From Campylobacterales bacterium (GTDB taxonomy: Bacteria; Campylobacterota; Campylobacteria; Campylobacterales; Sulfurimonadaceae): 64,000 nucleotides of DNA. Both the position numbers and the translations under genes were made by a program. Of this stretch, positions 1 through 11,471 are shown one piece after another. Below the pieces are notes generated by a model that was given only the letters and a program-made list of their open reading frames with translations, was not told the DNA's origin and did no database searches. Within the stretch, counting starts at the first letter, position 1. Each line of letters starts with the position of its first letter. The stretch lies in the NCBI GenBank assembly GCA_038205935.1, contig JBBRBK010000001.1, positions 38,595 to 102,594 on the forward strand, in the 5' to 3' direction.

Positions 1-54
1 CCACTTTTTCTTTAAACTTCCCTATTTTAAACATTTTTATAAAATTTTACATTT

Positions 55-1698
55 TTACTCTTCATCATATCTTTTATGCAGCTCTTTAGCTTGTGTGACT
101 GCTCTTGCAAATGTTCTATGCATGTACACTTCTCCTATTAATGAGACAATATTATATTTTTGTAAATCTTTAAAAACATTGTCATTTGTACCCGAAGTCA
201 ATACCACCGTACCATTATCTTTGAGTAGTTTGATAGTTTGTTGAAAATTATGAAGTGCTGTCGAATCGATAAAGCTTACATGTCTCATTCTGATAATTAA
301 TATTTTAGATGAGATACCTCTTTCTTTTATCAACTCTGCATATTGTTTTGCTGAGGCAAAAAATAAAGGACCTCCAATCTCATAAACAGATATCCCTTGT
401 GGAAGATTTTCATAGTTTTCTATATCATCTACGTCATCACTTACGATCAGTTCGTGACCATCAACGTCCGCCATTCTTTTCATAAACAAAAGTGCTGATA
501 ATACAATCCCAACTTGAATAGCAACTGTTAAGTCTACTAGTACAGTCAGTATGAAAGTAGAAAGTAAGACGATGTAATCAAAGGGTGAACCTTTTAAAAT
601 AGATATAAAAGATTTCCACTCACTCATTTTATAAGCTACGACTATCAAAATTCCTGCAAGACAAGACATTGGTATAAGTTTTGCAAAATCTATAAAAACA
701 AGCATAATCAAAAGTAAAACTAAAGAATGTGTTATACCTGCGATTGGTGTTCTTCCTCCATTTTCTACATTTGTCGCTGTTCTTGCGATTGCTCCTGTCG
801 CAGGTATTCCGCCAAAAAATGGTGTCACAATATTTGCTATACCCTGAGCAATCAATTCTGTATTGGAGCGATGATTTCCACCAATCATTCCATCTGCCAC
901 AACTGCCGATAAAAGAGATTCGACACCACCGAGTAAAGCAATAATAAAGGCAGGAACCAAGTATGTAGACAAATTTGCTAATTCAAAATTTGGAAGAGAA
1001 AAAGTTATATCATTAGGTATCGTGCCAAAAAATGTTTCTATCGTTGTAACGGGAAGATGAAGAAAGTGAACTAAAAGGGTGATTGAAACGATGGCAATAA
1101 AGGACCCAGGTATCTTCGTCGTAATATATTTAAAATTCATAGTTATTAAAATTGTACTAACAGTAATGGCTAAAGCATAAAGGTTTGTATCATTGATGTG
1201 CTCAATATAAATAACCCATTTTTCGAAAAATGCTGATGGAAGCTTTGCTATATCTAATCCCAATGCATCTTTAATCTGTGTGGTAAAAATAACCAAAGCG
1301 ATTCCACTTGTAAAGCCAACAACCAAGGGATGGGGAAAATATCTTAATAAATTACCTAATTTAAATAATCCAAAGAGAATTAAAATCACTCCCGCCATTA
1401 TGGTCGATATCAAAAGTCCATTTATACCGTATTGCTCAATTATCCCGTATAAAATAATAATAAAAGCACCCGTTGGACCACCGATTTGTACTTTGCTCCC
1501 GCCTAAGAATGAGATGATAAAACCTGCAACGATGGCAGTAATAATCCCTTTTTCCGGTGAAACGCCTGAAGCAACAGCAAAAGCAATGGCAAGTGGTAAT
1601 GCCACAATACCAACAATTGTACCGGCAATAACATCCGCAAAAATTTGTTCTCTTGAAATACCATTTTTAATTAATGTGAAAAATTTTGGCTCAAACAT
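55..1698 (-). CDS. SulP family inorganic anion transporter with C-terminal STAS domain
   Basis: 547 aa, many TM segments; SulP-type motifs ALPLAIAFA, QIGGPTGA, PATGAIARTA; STAS-like GGPLFFAS...FIDSTA. Confidence 0.93.
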   Translation of the reverse strand: MFEPKFFTLIKNGISREQIFADVIAGTIVGIVALPLAIAFAVASGVSPEKGIITAIVAGFIISFLGGSKVQIGGPTGAFIIILYGIIEQYGINGLLISTIMAGVILILFGLFKLGNLLRYFPHPLVVGFTSGIALVIFTTQIKDALGLDIAKLPSAFFEKWVIYIEHINDTNLYALAITVSTILITMNFKYITTKIPGSFIAIVSITLLVHFLHLPVTTIETFFGTIPNDITFSLPNFELANLSTYLVPAFIIALLGGVESLLSAVVADGMIGGNHRSNTELIAQGIANIVTPFFGGIPATGAIARTATNVENGGRTPIAGITHSLVLLLIMLVFIDFAKLIPMSCLAGILIVVAYKMSEWKSFISILKGSPFDYIVLLSTFILTVLVDLTVAIQVGIVLSALLFMKRMADVDGHELIVSDDVDDIENYENLPQGISVYEIGGPLFFASAKQYAELIKERGISSKILIIRMRHVSFIDSTALHNFQQTIKLLKDNGTVVLTSGTNDNVFKDLQKYNIVSLIGEVYMHRTFARAVTQAKELHKRYDEE

Positions 1699-1964
1699 TC
1701 TATTTATAATCTTCCTTATGAGTTTTACTATAAGATTTGATATCGAAATTTTACAGCACTTTTACTCTATTTGTCATATGAAACAATAGACAAAAAAAAT
1801 GGATGGCACAAAGTAAGATCTTGTGACATTTACTTGACTAGAGAGTCTAAATATAGTAGAATCCATACATTACAACACTCAATTAAAGGCCCTTAGTTAG
1901 GGATGAAAACACTAGGGTAACTCTTCCTTTGGAGGCACCACTTTACTCACAAAGAAACATTCTT

Positions 1965-2516
1965 ATGAAAACATACTCTATAAATCCACAGACTAAAATG
2001 ATTACCACAAATGATGATTTTGACGGACAAGTCAACAGTATCTACACTTTTTTCAACTCTATTCTTGTAGATAACTCTCAAGCTTTAAATGAACATATTA
2101 TCTATACAGATGCCAATGCTCTTATCTCTACTCAGATTCCCTACTTTATCGGCGAACAGCTTTTTTTAGGAACATCACTCATTATTGGACAAAATGGTTT
2201 TGAAGAGACAGATGTCAAGATAGATGTTGAACAATTAGAAGCGCTCATAAATTATGATGTAAATATGTTTTACAAAAAATCTCTTAACGCCCTTGCTACT
2301 GAAGAGTTAAATCTCTATAAGGTATTTGAAGTCACTGACAATGGAAAGCCCTTACATGTAAGCTACGAATGGGTTATTTATACTTTTAATATGGCAGATG
2401 AGAAAACACAAGATTACTTTTTAAATACACTCGATGTCACTATCATGGAAGAAAAAAGCGTGCAAGAACACTTTGTAAAAATGGCACAACTTGCAGTAAA
2501 CGCAGGAAACAGATAG
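1965..2516 (+). CDS. hypothetical protein
   Basis: ORF track 1929-2516 (TTG); ATG at 1965 (MKTYSINP) is the more plausible start; no family recognised. Confidence 0.75.
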   Translation: MKTYSINPQTKMITTNDDFDGQVNSIYTFFNSILVDNSQALNEHIIYTDANALISTQIPYFIGEQLFLGTSLIIGQNGFEETDVKIDVEQLEALINYDVNMFYKKSLNALATEELNLYKVFEVTDNGKPLHVSYEWVIYTFNMADEKTQDYFLNTLDVTIMEEKSVQEHFVKMAQLAVNAGNR

Positions 2517-2538
2517 AGAAAAAACTCTCTAACTGTTT
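2507..2538. terminator. hairpin at convergent gene junction
   Basis: AAACAG-a-TAGAG / CTCTA-a-CTGTTT inverted repeat covering both stop codons. Confidence 0.5.
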
Positions 2539-4448
2539 ATTCTTGCACTCTCTCGAAGCATATTATCCATCAAAGTAAATAGCTCTTTACTCGCGTGCTC
2601 CATCTCTTCAAAATTATTAAATATCTCTGTTCTATTGAGTAAGATATTTGCCGTAGGGTCCGTTGCATCTAAAAACTTCATATTTGTATTGGCATTTTTA
2701 TGGACAGTTGCATGAGGTGATGTGAACTGTGCATATGTTGAAGTAGTTCCAAATCTATCTTTCCCCTCACCATCATACCATTTCCCTAAGCGACATCCAT
2801 GATGATCGACCACTGAAAGTACCTGTTTTGCTGTGACAATACTGTTATATGCTCTTGCTTTGTATAAAATGTGATCCATCTTAGCAAGTACGACAAAGAT
2901 ACTATTTTCCATTCCGTAAGAAGATTTCACAATTCCAGAAGAATTCTTACTAAGCTGTGTCAATATCTCTTCGAACTTATAAATTCTCTCTGTTGACTCT
3001 TCAACGACGCTGTTCATAGCTTCGCTACTCATCTGAATATCACTCATTCCCTGTTGCAGAGTTTTTATGGAAACAGATATCTCACCAGTCGCTTTATGTG
3101 TACGTTCTGCCAGTTTTCTGACCTCATCAGCAACGACGGCAAAACCTCGGCCATGTTCTCCTGCACGCGCTGCTTCTATGGCTGCATTAAGAGCAAGAAG
3201 ATTTGTCTGATCTGCAATATCTGTGATGAGCTCTATGACTGATGTGATATTTTCTGCCTGAGTCGCAAGATCATCTATGGCCCCCGTATTCACGCCTACT
3301 TGATCTTTGAGTGATTCAAGTTCACCGACAATAATATCAATGCTTTTTTTAGAATCAGTAGCCTGAGACTCAGCAGATCTTGTCGCGTTTGTAACACCTT
3401 TTAAAGCTTCTATATTTTTTGCCAGATCTTCTTGAATCAAAGTCATACTTTCAGTGACGCCCATACTAAATTGGCTTATCTCTGCATTGAAACTGTCTTG
3501 TTGCTTTTTGCCCTCTTGTGCTTGCATAGAATCTATACTCCCTTTTACAAGAGTGATTGCTGTAACAAATTCACCTTTCATAGCATTAGAATGGATTTCA
3601 ACGTTAAAATCACCTTTGGATGCTTTTGAAATAGAGTGATTGATTTGATTTACAAAATCTTCAATCTGGTCAAGTAAAGACGATAAAGCAATTCCCATAA
3701 CACCAAATTCTGTATGCTCGTTTTTTTCAATTCCTTGATGCTGAAGATTACCCTCTGCTGCATGCTTCATCATATCTGTAAAATTTTTGATAACTCTTAC
3801 TATGGAACGCACAAGTAGTTGAGAAAAGATCAATACCATAAGACCAATAGAAAATCCAAGTATTAGTGCCGCATATTTGTAGATTGAAGTGCGCTCAGAC
3901 ATATCATTGACCGCACTTTCAAGAGCTTTATGCTTCAGCTCGATCACTTTTGCAAACTTTGCTCTTGATGCTTCAGCAGGAGGAGTCAGCGTAGCTTTGT
4001 AGTTTTTATACAGTCCATCTTTGTCTTCACTAATCTGTTTTGGTGTTAATGATTTCATAAGGGTGAATGCATTATTTAAAAAGAACATTGCTGAGTTTTG
4101 AGAATCTTCTATGAGCTTACGCTCATTGTCATTCACAGCGGTTTCTTTTAACTTTTGAAAACTTTCAGAAACCTTTGCGACTCTTTCAGATATCTTTTCT
4201 ATATCTTTGTCATAGTCACCACCGAGCATAATATCTCTGTCAAGTCTACTAACATAGTTCATATCTGCTTCAATAGAAAGCGTATACATCTCTCCAGCTA
4301 CATACTTTGCTTTTAAGTCGCTAAACTGAGAATCTAGTTTACTTAATACTAGATACACAAAAACCGATCCTGTAAATATTGATAGAGTAACAAATATAAG
4401 AAGATAATTCATCTTCTTATGGATACTCGTATTTTTCATAAATTCCAT
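2529..4448 (-). CDS. methyl-accepting chemotaxis protein with C-terminal CZB (zinc-binding) domain
   Basis: Two TM segments; MCP signature [40 protein letters not shown] motif [10 protein letters not shown]...H..VH. Confidence 0.95.
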   Translation of the reverse strand: MEFMKNTSIHKKMNYLLIFVTLSIFTGSVFVYLVLSKLDSQFSDLKAKYVAGEMYTLSIEADMNYVSRLDRDIMLGGDYDKDIEKISERVAKVSESFQKLKETAVNDNERKLIEDSQNSAMFFLNNAFTLMKSLTPKQISEDKDGLYKNYKATLTPPAEASRAKFAKVIELKHKALESAVNDMSERTSIYKYAALILGFSIGLMVLIFSQLLVRSIVRVIKNFTDMMKHAAEGNLQHQGIEKNEHTEFGVMGIALSSLLDQIEDFVNQINHSISKASKGDFNVEIHSNAMKGEFVTAITLVKGSIDSMQAQEGKKQQDSFNAEISQFSMGVTESMTLIQEDLAKNIEALKGVTNATRSAESQATDSKKSIDIIVGELESLKDQVGVNTGAIDDLATQAENITSVIELITDIADQTNLLALNAAIEAARAGEHGRGFAVVADEVRKLAERTHKATGEISVSIKTLQQGMSDIQMSSEAMNSVVEESTERIYKFEEILTQLSKNSSGIVKSSYGMENSIFVVLAKMDHILYKARAYNSIVTAKQVLSVVDHHGCRLGKWYDGEGKDRFGTTSTYAQFTSPHATVHKNANTNMKFLDATDPTANILLNRTEIFNNFEEMEHASKELFTLMDNMLRESARINS

Positions 4449-4520
4449 AAATTACCTTTTTATCACATTTCTTTATTCGCTAAATTCTATCATAAATTCT
4501 TATAAATCTATACTCAAAAG

Positions 4521-4880
4521 CTACCACTCATTAAACTTTTCTGTTTTATGTTTATCTTTTTTATATTTTCTATTATTTTTAGTTTTCTCAAGTTTATTAG
4601 ACTTATAAAGAATATCACATTTTATATCTTCGATCAGATTATCACTGTCTGCTTTTGCAATGATCTCTTTGACTAAAGCTTCCAAATCACTAAACTCACC
4701 TTTATACAGAGCGACGCTTTGCGTTTTTTGAAAGTATTTGAGATTATTTTCTATCTTTTTGTTATATCCTTCTTTGCTTATCCCCTCAGGAATAGAAAGA
4801 TAAGAGATAACACTTCTCAAAAATCTCTCAAGAACACGAATATATTTTAACCTTACAGCGGAGTCTATTTTATTTGACAT
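4521..4880 (-). CDS. hypothetical protein (basic, Lys-rich C-terminus)
   Basis: 119 aa ORF, AGGT upstream, fills the space between neighbours. Confidence 0.75.
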   Translation of the reverse strand: MSNKIDSAVRLKYIRVLERFLRSVISYLSIPEGISKEGYNKKIENNLKYFQKTQSVALYKGEFSDLEALVKEIIAKADSDNLIEDIKCDILYKSNKLEKTKNNRKYKKDKHKTEKFNEW

Positions 4881-4944
4881 TGTTTACCTGATTGTTAGTT
4901 TATGAAAGTATAATTATATACTAATTACCCACAGGACACATTAT

Positions 4945-5340
4945 ATGAAAAAACTTCTTCTCTTGCTTGCATTTCTTGTCACTTCATTGTTTGCAGAAGT
5001 AACAAACATCTACCCAGATGCTGCCTTTTTAAGCAAAAAAATTCCCGTCGTAGACATTCGTACTGAGCCGGAGTGGAAAGAAACAGGTCTTCTTAAAGGT
5101 GCTATTCCTATCACTTTCTTTGATGAAAAAGGGGGCTACAACATCCCACTTTTTCTCAAAACACTCTCAGAGAAAGTCGATGTAAAAAAACCATTCGCTC
5201 TTATCTGCCATACTGGAAGTAGAACAAAAATGGTCTCAGCATTTTTATCACAAAAGTTGGGTTACAATGTTTATGACCTTAATGGCGGTATGTTGTACAT
5301 TATGGGTAAAAAACTCCCGATTATTTCATACAAAAAATAG
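4945..5340 (+). CDS. exported rhodanese-like domain protein
   Basis: Signal peptide; VVDIRTEPEW...G.LKGA, active-site loop CHTGSR, YDLNGGM. Confidence 0.88.
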   Translation: MKKLLLLLAFLVTSLFAEVTNIYPDAAFLSKKIPVVDIRTEPEWKETGLLKGAIPITFFDEKGGYNIPLFLKTLSEKVDVKKPFALICHTGSRTKMVSAFLSQKLGYNVYDLNGGMLYIMGKKLPIISYKK

Positions 5341-5355
5341 TTATTACAGCTCTAT

Positions 5356-5370
5356 TGGCATAAAACTTGC
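5356..5370 (+). promoter_or_regulatory. sigma-54 (-24/-12) promoter candidate
   Basis: TGGCATAAAACTTGC has the correct GG-N10-GC spacing, about 40 bp upstream of the 5413 start. Confidence 0.65.
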
Positions 5371-5412
5371 TATCTTCTCTCATACTGTAGAAGATAGCGA
5401 CAAGGGAAATAT

Positions 5413-6636
5413 TTGAAATTTATAGATGCTCTACGCCTTAAAAGTAAGCTCTTTATCCTCTTCATTCTCATCACGCTTGGTCTTTTCATCATAGGCGTGC
5501 TTGGAACACTCAATCTTATCTCTATGAAGAAAAAGATCGATGCTCTTTATTTTGGTTCTTTTATCACAGTTGTGACTCTTGATGAGATATTAAATGCATA
5601 TGATGTAGATATCCAGAGAAATCTTACTCTTGCGAAAGAGAATCTATTAAGCTCACAAGAAGCGATAGACGCCGTCGATAATGCACTTACCAATATTGAT
5701 AAACATTGGAGTGATTATCATAACCATTACAAAACATCAAAAGAACGCCCATTTGTTACTTACGCGACTAAAGAGATCATAGATACTAAACTCTTTTTAG
5801 GCCAGTTTCATCAGGCCTGCCAAAATGGCTGTAATATGAGCAATCTCTCGATAGAGACCTTAAATTCTCACATCGAGCATATCCATACAATAATTGCAGA
5901 ACTAAGATCATATGAGATCCAACGGGCGCAGTACCAAAGACAAGAGCTCATCGATTCATACCATGAAACTCAGATCAAACTTGGGCTTATCCTCATTTTA
6001 GTCAGCGGTGGGGTTCTACTCATTTTATATATTGTTTTTAAGAGTATTCAAAAAGACCAATCAGATCTTGAGAGTGTTTCAAAAAAACTCCAAATAGCAA
6101 ATAAAAAACTCGAAAATGCTTCCTATACGGATTCTCTCACAAATCTTTACAACAGGCGCTACTTTAACATTGTCCTAGATAGAGAGATAAAACGAGCAAA
6201 ACGAGCAAAAAGTGAGATAACTTTTATGATGCTCGATGTAGATTTTTTCAAACAATATAATGACACTTACGGGCATATTGAAGGAGACAAAGCACTTATA
6301 CATGTAGCAAAGAGTTTACGCTCAGTACTCAAGCGTCCAGGTGACTTTGTCTTTAGACTCGGAGGTGAAGAGTTTGGTGTATTTTTGACCGATACTGGTG
6401 CGCAAGATGCCCAAGCTCTCGCAGGCAAGATTTGTCATTCTCTTGAAGAGGAAAAGATCCCGCATGCGGGCAACAAAGCAAGCGCATATCTTACAATCTC
6501 TATCGGCGCTGTTTCCTGTGTCGCAGATGAAACTTTAGATGAAGAAGAGATCCTAAAACAAGCAGATAAGAAACTCTATGAAGCAAAAGAAAATGGAAGA
6601 AATAGAGTTGAGTTTAGTTATGGGGTTTTGGGTTAG
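5413..6636 (+). CDS. membrane-bound diguanylate cyclase (periplasmic four-helix-bundle-like sensor + GGDEF)
   Basis: Two TMs; DSLTNLYNRRYF, DVDFFKQYNDTYGH, RPGD I-site, RLGGEEF, LYEAKENGRNR. Confidence 0.93.
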   Translation: MKFIDALRLKSKLFILFILITLGLFIIGVLGTLNLISMKKKIDALYFGSFITVVTLDEILNAYDVDIQRNLTLAKENLLSSQEAIDAVDNALTNIDKHWSDYHNHYKTSKERPFVTYATKEIIDTKLFLGQFHQACQNGCNMSNLSIETLNSHIEHIHTIIAELRSYEIQRAQYQRQELIDSYHETQIKLGLILILVSGGVLLILYIVFKSIQKDQSDLESVSKKLQIANKKLENASYTDSLTNLYNRRYFNIVLDREIKRAKRAKSEITFMMLDVDFFKQYNDTYGHIEGDKALIHVAKSLRSVLKRPGDFVFRLGGEEFGVFLTDTGAQDAQALAGKICHSLEEEKIPHAGNKASAYLTISIGAVSCVADETLDEEEILKQADKKLYEAKENGRNRVEFSYGVLG

Positions 6637-6902
6637 TACACATCTTTTCTTTTTCCAATTCGTAATATTAGTAAGATTATTTCTTCATTTTCAATACGAA
6701 ATATTGCTCTGATCTTTCTTGCAATTACAAACCTGTATTGGCCTTCAAATTTTGTACCTTTGAGTTCTTTGATTTTCTTACTTAATTTTAGGCTTTCAAA
6801 ATTTTCTGCAAGATATACTATCTTTTTTGCGATAAGTATTTTTTCTGCTTGATTGAATTCTTTGAGATCTTTTACAGACTGCTCCGAATATCTAATATTC
6901 AT
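6633..6902 (-). CDS. relE: type II toxin, RelE/ParE family
   Basis: 89 aa, basic; MNIRYSEQSVKDLK...YRF...RAIFRI...ILRIGKRKDVY; overlaps the upstream antitoxin (ATGA). Confidence 0.88.
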   Translation of the reverse strand: MNIRYSEQSVKDLKEFNQAEKILIAKKIVYLAENFESLKLSKKIKELKGTKFEGQYRFVIARKIRAIFRIENEEIILLILRIGKRKDVY

Positions 6903-7132
6903 ATTTCTATGCCAAGTTCTTTATATACTTCCTCTGCACTATATGTTTTCATCTTAGCACTTTTTATATCTTCGGTTATCTTATCTGCAACAAGACCATC
7001 AGTATAATCAAAATAAAAGTCAAGAGCAGACTCAACAATCTCTTTTTGTGTTTTATGCAATGACGAAGCAACTATTTCTAACTCTCTTGCTACTCTTTCA
7101 TCAAGAGAAAAAAGTTTTTTTACTGTTGACAT
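6899..7132 (-). CDS. cognate antitoxin (RHH-like N-terminus, acidic C-terminus)
   Basis: 77 aa, directly upstream of relE; C-terminal TYSAEEVYKELG is typical of RelB-like antitoxins. Confidence 0.82.
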   Translation of the reverse strand: MSTVKKLFSLDERVARELEIVASSLHKTQKEIVESALDFYFDYTDGLVADKITEDIKSAKMKTYSAEEVYKELGIEI

Positions 7133-7141
7133 ATCTATTCC

Positions 7142-7190
7142 TATATCTAATTAGATATATCATTATAGTTATATTTTAAATTTGTGTCAA
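7142..7190 (-). promoter_or_regulatory. TA promoter TTGACA-17-TATAAT plus 18-bp palindromic operator
   Basis: Minus strand TTGACA 7190-7185 and TATAAT 7167-7162; perfect palindrome TATATCTAATTAGATATA at 7142-7159 over the expected start site. Confidence 0.75.
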
Positions 7191-7220
7191 GTCAGAACGG
7201 TTGAAGTGTTTTAAGAGGGA

Positions 7221-7238
7221 TTCGCCCGCGAGGGCGAA
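7221..7238 (-). terminator. GC-rich hairpin downstream of the porin gene
   Basis: TTCGCCC-gcga-GGGCGAA about 23 bp past the porin stop; U-tract weak. Confidence 0.6.
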
Positions 7239-7261
7239 AGGAGTTTAACTAAAAGCTTGTA

Positions 7262-8605
7262 TTAGAAGTTTAGAGTTAAGTATGCTTGGATTTCATTTGA
7301 ATCAAAATTCTTTGTTGTAGCAGTATTATTGTTAAATGATGTACTAATGTATGCTAAAGTAGCATCAAGTGGTCCGAATTTTTTGCCAGCAGTTACCGCA
7401 ACTTCTGTCATATCTTGACCTTGACGTTTTTGATCTACTGAAGTGATGTAAAGACCAGCGTCAAATAAACCAGCTACTGGAGATGTAACTTCTGCATGCC
7501 AAGTTGATGCACCAATAGCAGTTGCTTGACCGTAGTTCCACCATGCTTCAGTATAAAGTTTAGATTGTCCTGAACTTGTTGCAGTGTTTGCAGCACCAAC
7601 CACACCTTGATCAGCTACAGAAGAGTAAGCAACTTTCGCAGCAAACATATCTTTAACAGCATAACCAAGCTCTACTGCTGTAGTTTTTGATGCAACAGTA
7701 CCTGGAGCAGCATCAGAAGCATCAAGATTTACATATTGGATACCAGCACTTAGACCAGTAACACCAAGAGTCGTAGTATCTAAATCAGCTTGTAACCAGA
7801 AAGCTTGAGCAACTTTAGAAACATCATAGTACCATGCTTGAGCAGTTAATGGTTTCCAAGAGTTGTTGATTATACCATAAGCGTATGCACCATCTTTACC
7901 ATAAGTTGTAAAGTTACCATTTTGATTAACAACTGCACCAACAGCTAAATTATTAGCTATTACAGTTCCATTTACATCTTGACCGTATTTTTCAGTACCA
8001 TTACCATTACCAACATAAGCAGCAACGATTGTAGTATCAGGAATATCTTGGTTAAGTAAAACTGCACCTTCAAATGTATTTTTTTCAATTGACCATTTTT
8101 CAGTAAATGCAAGTGGAGTATCTAATTCCATACGACCAACTTTAACAGTTGATTTTGTAAGTTGATTTAAAGAAAGAGCAACCCATGCTTCATTCATCCA
8201 GCTTGCATTTTCAACTTTAGCACCCTTAAATGGAGATGAAGCATAACTAGCGCCTGTATTTGCAGTAGCACCGTGTGAACTTCCCCATACGTTACTTACT
8301 AAGTTATTTTCTAAACCCAAAGTAGAAAGTGCAGTATAACCAGCGCCAGCGCTTACAGTTACTAAACTGTTTTTTGCTAAATCAGCAGAGATGTTAAGGT
8401 TTAAACCAGCATCAGCAGCAGAAGAATCTTTACTAAAAAGAGTACCGCTTCCAGTATTGCCTTTGATGACGTTCGTAGTTTGACCTTTTGCATCACTCGT
8501 GCTATAGAAAACCTGTGCGTTCCCACTTACTTTAACATTGTCGATTGCGAATGCAGATGCACCTACTAGTACCGCTGCCGCAAGACTCATTTTAACTATT
8601 TTCAT
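7262..8605 (-). CDS. major outer-membrane porin (Campylobacterota MOMP/OprD-like beta-barrel)
   Basis: Signal MKIVKMSLAAA, KVGRMELDTPL, C-terminal YLTLNF beta-signal, strong AAGGAG RBS. Confidence 0.88.
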   Translation of the reverse strand: MKIVKMSLAAAVLVGASAFAIDNVKVSGNAQVFYSTSDAKGQTTNVIKGNTGSGTLFSKDSSAADAGLNLNISADLAKNSLVTVSAGAGYTALSTLGLENNLVSNVWGSSHGATANTGASYASSPFKGAKVENASWMNEAWVALSLNQLTKSTVKVGRMELDTPLAFTEKWSIEKNTFEGAVLLNQDIPDTTIVAAYVGNGNGTEKYGQDVNGTVIANNLAVGAVVNQNGNFTTYGKDGAYAYGIINNSWKPLTAQAWYYDVSKVAQAFWLQADLDTTTLGVTGLSAGIQYVNLDASDAAPGTVASKTTAVELGYAVKDMFAAKVAYSSVADQGVVGAANTATSSGQSKLYTEAWWNYGQATAIGASTWHAEVTSPVAGLFDAGLYITSVDQKRQGQDMTEVAVTAGKKFGPLDATLAYISTSFNNNTATTKNFDSNEIQAYLTLNF

Positions 8606-8836
8606 TCATTCTCCTTAAATAAGCTTTGACTTATTTTAATTTTTGTCGGAGCAATTGTATCACACATTTCTTAAAAATTTCTGTAAATTTATTTGATTAT
8701 TATTATCAATAAAGCCCCTATTTATAGGCTTGCATCACATATTTATCACATTCTAAAAGTGCTATTATTGCATAACAGTAAAAATTTGTTATACTTGTGA
8801 AATGTTTAAAATATATTTAAGTTTATAGGAGCAAAA

Positions 8837-9265
8837 ATGAGATTTTTAGGAACACTCGGGCTGTTTACATATGTAACACTCACAATGAGCGGATGTAGCG
8901 GGCACACCATGCAAGACTATGCAGACAAGAAGTTTAACCACAAAGATGAAGGTAAAACCCTCGAGGTCAAAAAAGAGGAGAGAGTGTCTCCGACAAAAAA
9001 TGAAGCACTGAGTAAAGTTTCTCCATTAAATGATGGAAGAACAGATGGAGCAATGCAAAGTTCTCTCGATAACTGGCTTGGAAGTGTCTGGACACCGACA
9101 GTGGATAAAAATGAAACGATCAAAAAAATGGATGAAAATGAGAGCAGAAACTTCACTCTTCAAGAGTATGTAGATAAAGCCGTAGCGTACAGCAAAAACA
9201 AGCCAGACTCAAATGAGTCTTCGATGAAAGATAAAATGGACAAGATGCCAGCTATCGGGAAGTAG
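8837..9265 (+). CDS. putative lipoprotein
   Basis: Hydrophobic N-terminus ending in lipobox-like MSGC; AGGAG RBS. Confidence 0.75.
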   Translation: MRFLGTLGLFTYVTLTMSGCSGHTMQDYADKKFNHKDEGKTLEVKKEERVSPTKNEALSKVSPLNDGRTDGAMQSSLDNWLGSVWTPTVDKNETIKKMDENESRNFTLQEYVDKAVAYSKNKPDSNESSMKDKMDKMPAIGK

Positions 9266-9279
9266 AGGATTATTTGGCT

Positions 9280-9612
9280 TTAATCGATAATACTATCGAT
9301 AATGCCAATAATCTTACCTAATGTTTCTTCATCTGCTTTTTCTATAAATTTGACACTTCGCGCATTATAGTCTATGGATTTCATCTGCTCTACCATTATA
9401 AAACCTGTTATATTTTCACTTTTGACTTCTATATGAAAAGGGAAATCTCTTTTTGTGTTTGTAATGGGACAGGCGAAGGCAAGACCTAAATGTTTGTTAA
9501 AAACATGATTACTTATGATAATGGCAGGTCTTCTACCTTGAAGTTCATGTCCACTTTGCGGATCAAAGTTTAATGTGACTATATCGCCTTGAGATGGGAT
9601 ATATTTTACCAT
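9280..9612 (-). CDS. mazF: type II toxin, MazF/PemK family endoribonuclease
   Basis: YIPSQGDIV.LNFDPQSGHE..GRRPAIIIS...N....CPIT. Confidence 0.95.
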   Translation of the reverse strand: MVKYIPSQGDIVTLNFDPQSGHELQGRRPAIIISNHVFNKHLGLAFACPITNTKRDFPFHIEVKSENITGFIMVEQMKSIDYNARSVKFIEKADEETLGKIIGIIDSIID

Positions 9613-9851
9613 TCTTCAAGTCCTGCTTTTTCATCAAACTCTTCAAATGCTTTGTAATCACTTGGAATTTGCTTTACTAAATCATTTATATCGTAACTAT
9701 GTTTTTTTGTTTTGATGGGTTCTAGTATTATTTTTTTATTTTCGATAAAAATATTTACCTTATCCCCGATGGACAGGTGAAGTTCACGCATGATATCTTT
9801 AGGAAATCTGAGTCCTTGAGAATTTCCCCAGTTAGAAATAGTAGCCGTCAT
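9606..9851 (-). CDS. mazE: AbrB/MazE family antitoxin
   Basis: WGNSQGLRFPK motif; overlaps the mazF start. Confidence 0.94.
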   Translation of the reverse strand: MTATISNWGNSQGLRFPKDIMRELHLSIGDKVNIFIENKKIILEPIKTKKHSYDINDLVKQIPSDYKAFEEFDEKAGLEEW

Positions 9852-9916
9852 GATATCTCCTTATAATGTATATCCAGAGTATATCATAATGCTAAATTTG
9901 ATGTCAATGAGAAATG

Positions 9917-11467
<1,551 letters not shown>

Positions 11468-11471
<4 letters not shown>

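Noticed and set aside
1280..1789. 169-aa antisense ORF, and the many similar 60-146-aa shadow ORFs in the track
   Set aside because: They lie opposite or within well-supported genes and have no protein-like motifs
1804..1820. TGGCAC as a sigma-54 -24 element
   Set aside because: No TTGC at the -12 position (reads AAGAT)
1888..1940. GC-richer small hairpins upstream of the 1965 ORF as a riboswitch
   Set aside because: Stems are short and I cannot match any riboswitch consensus; an Rfam search would be needed
8865..8876. TTACATATGTAA as a copy of the iterated palindrome
   Set aside because: A 2-bp central insertion destroys the CATG core; single instance, not counted
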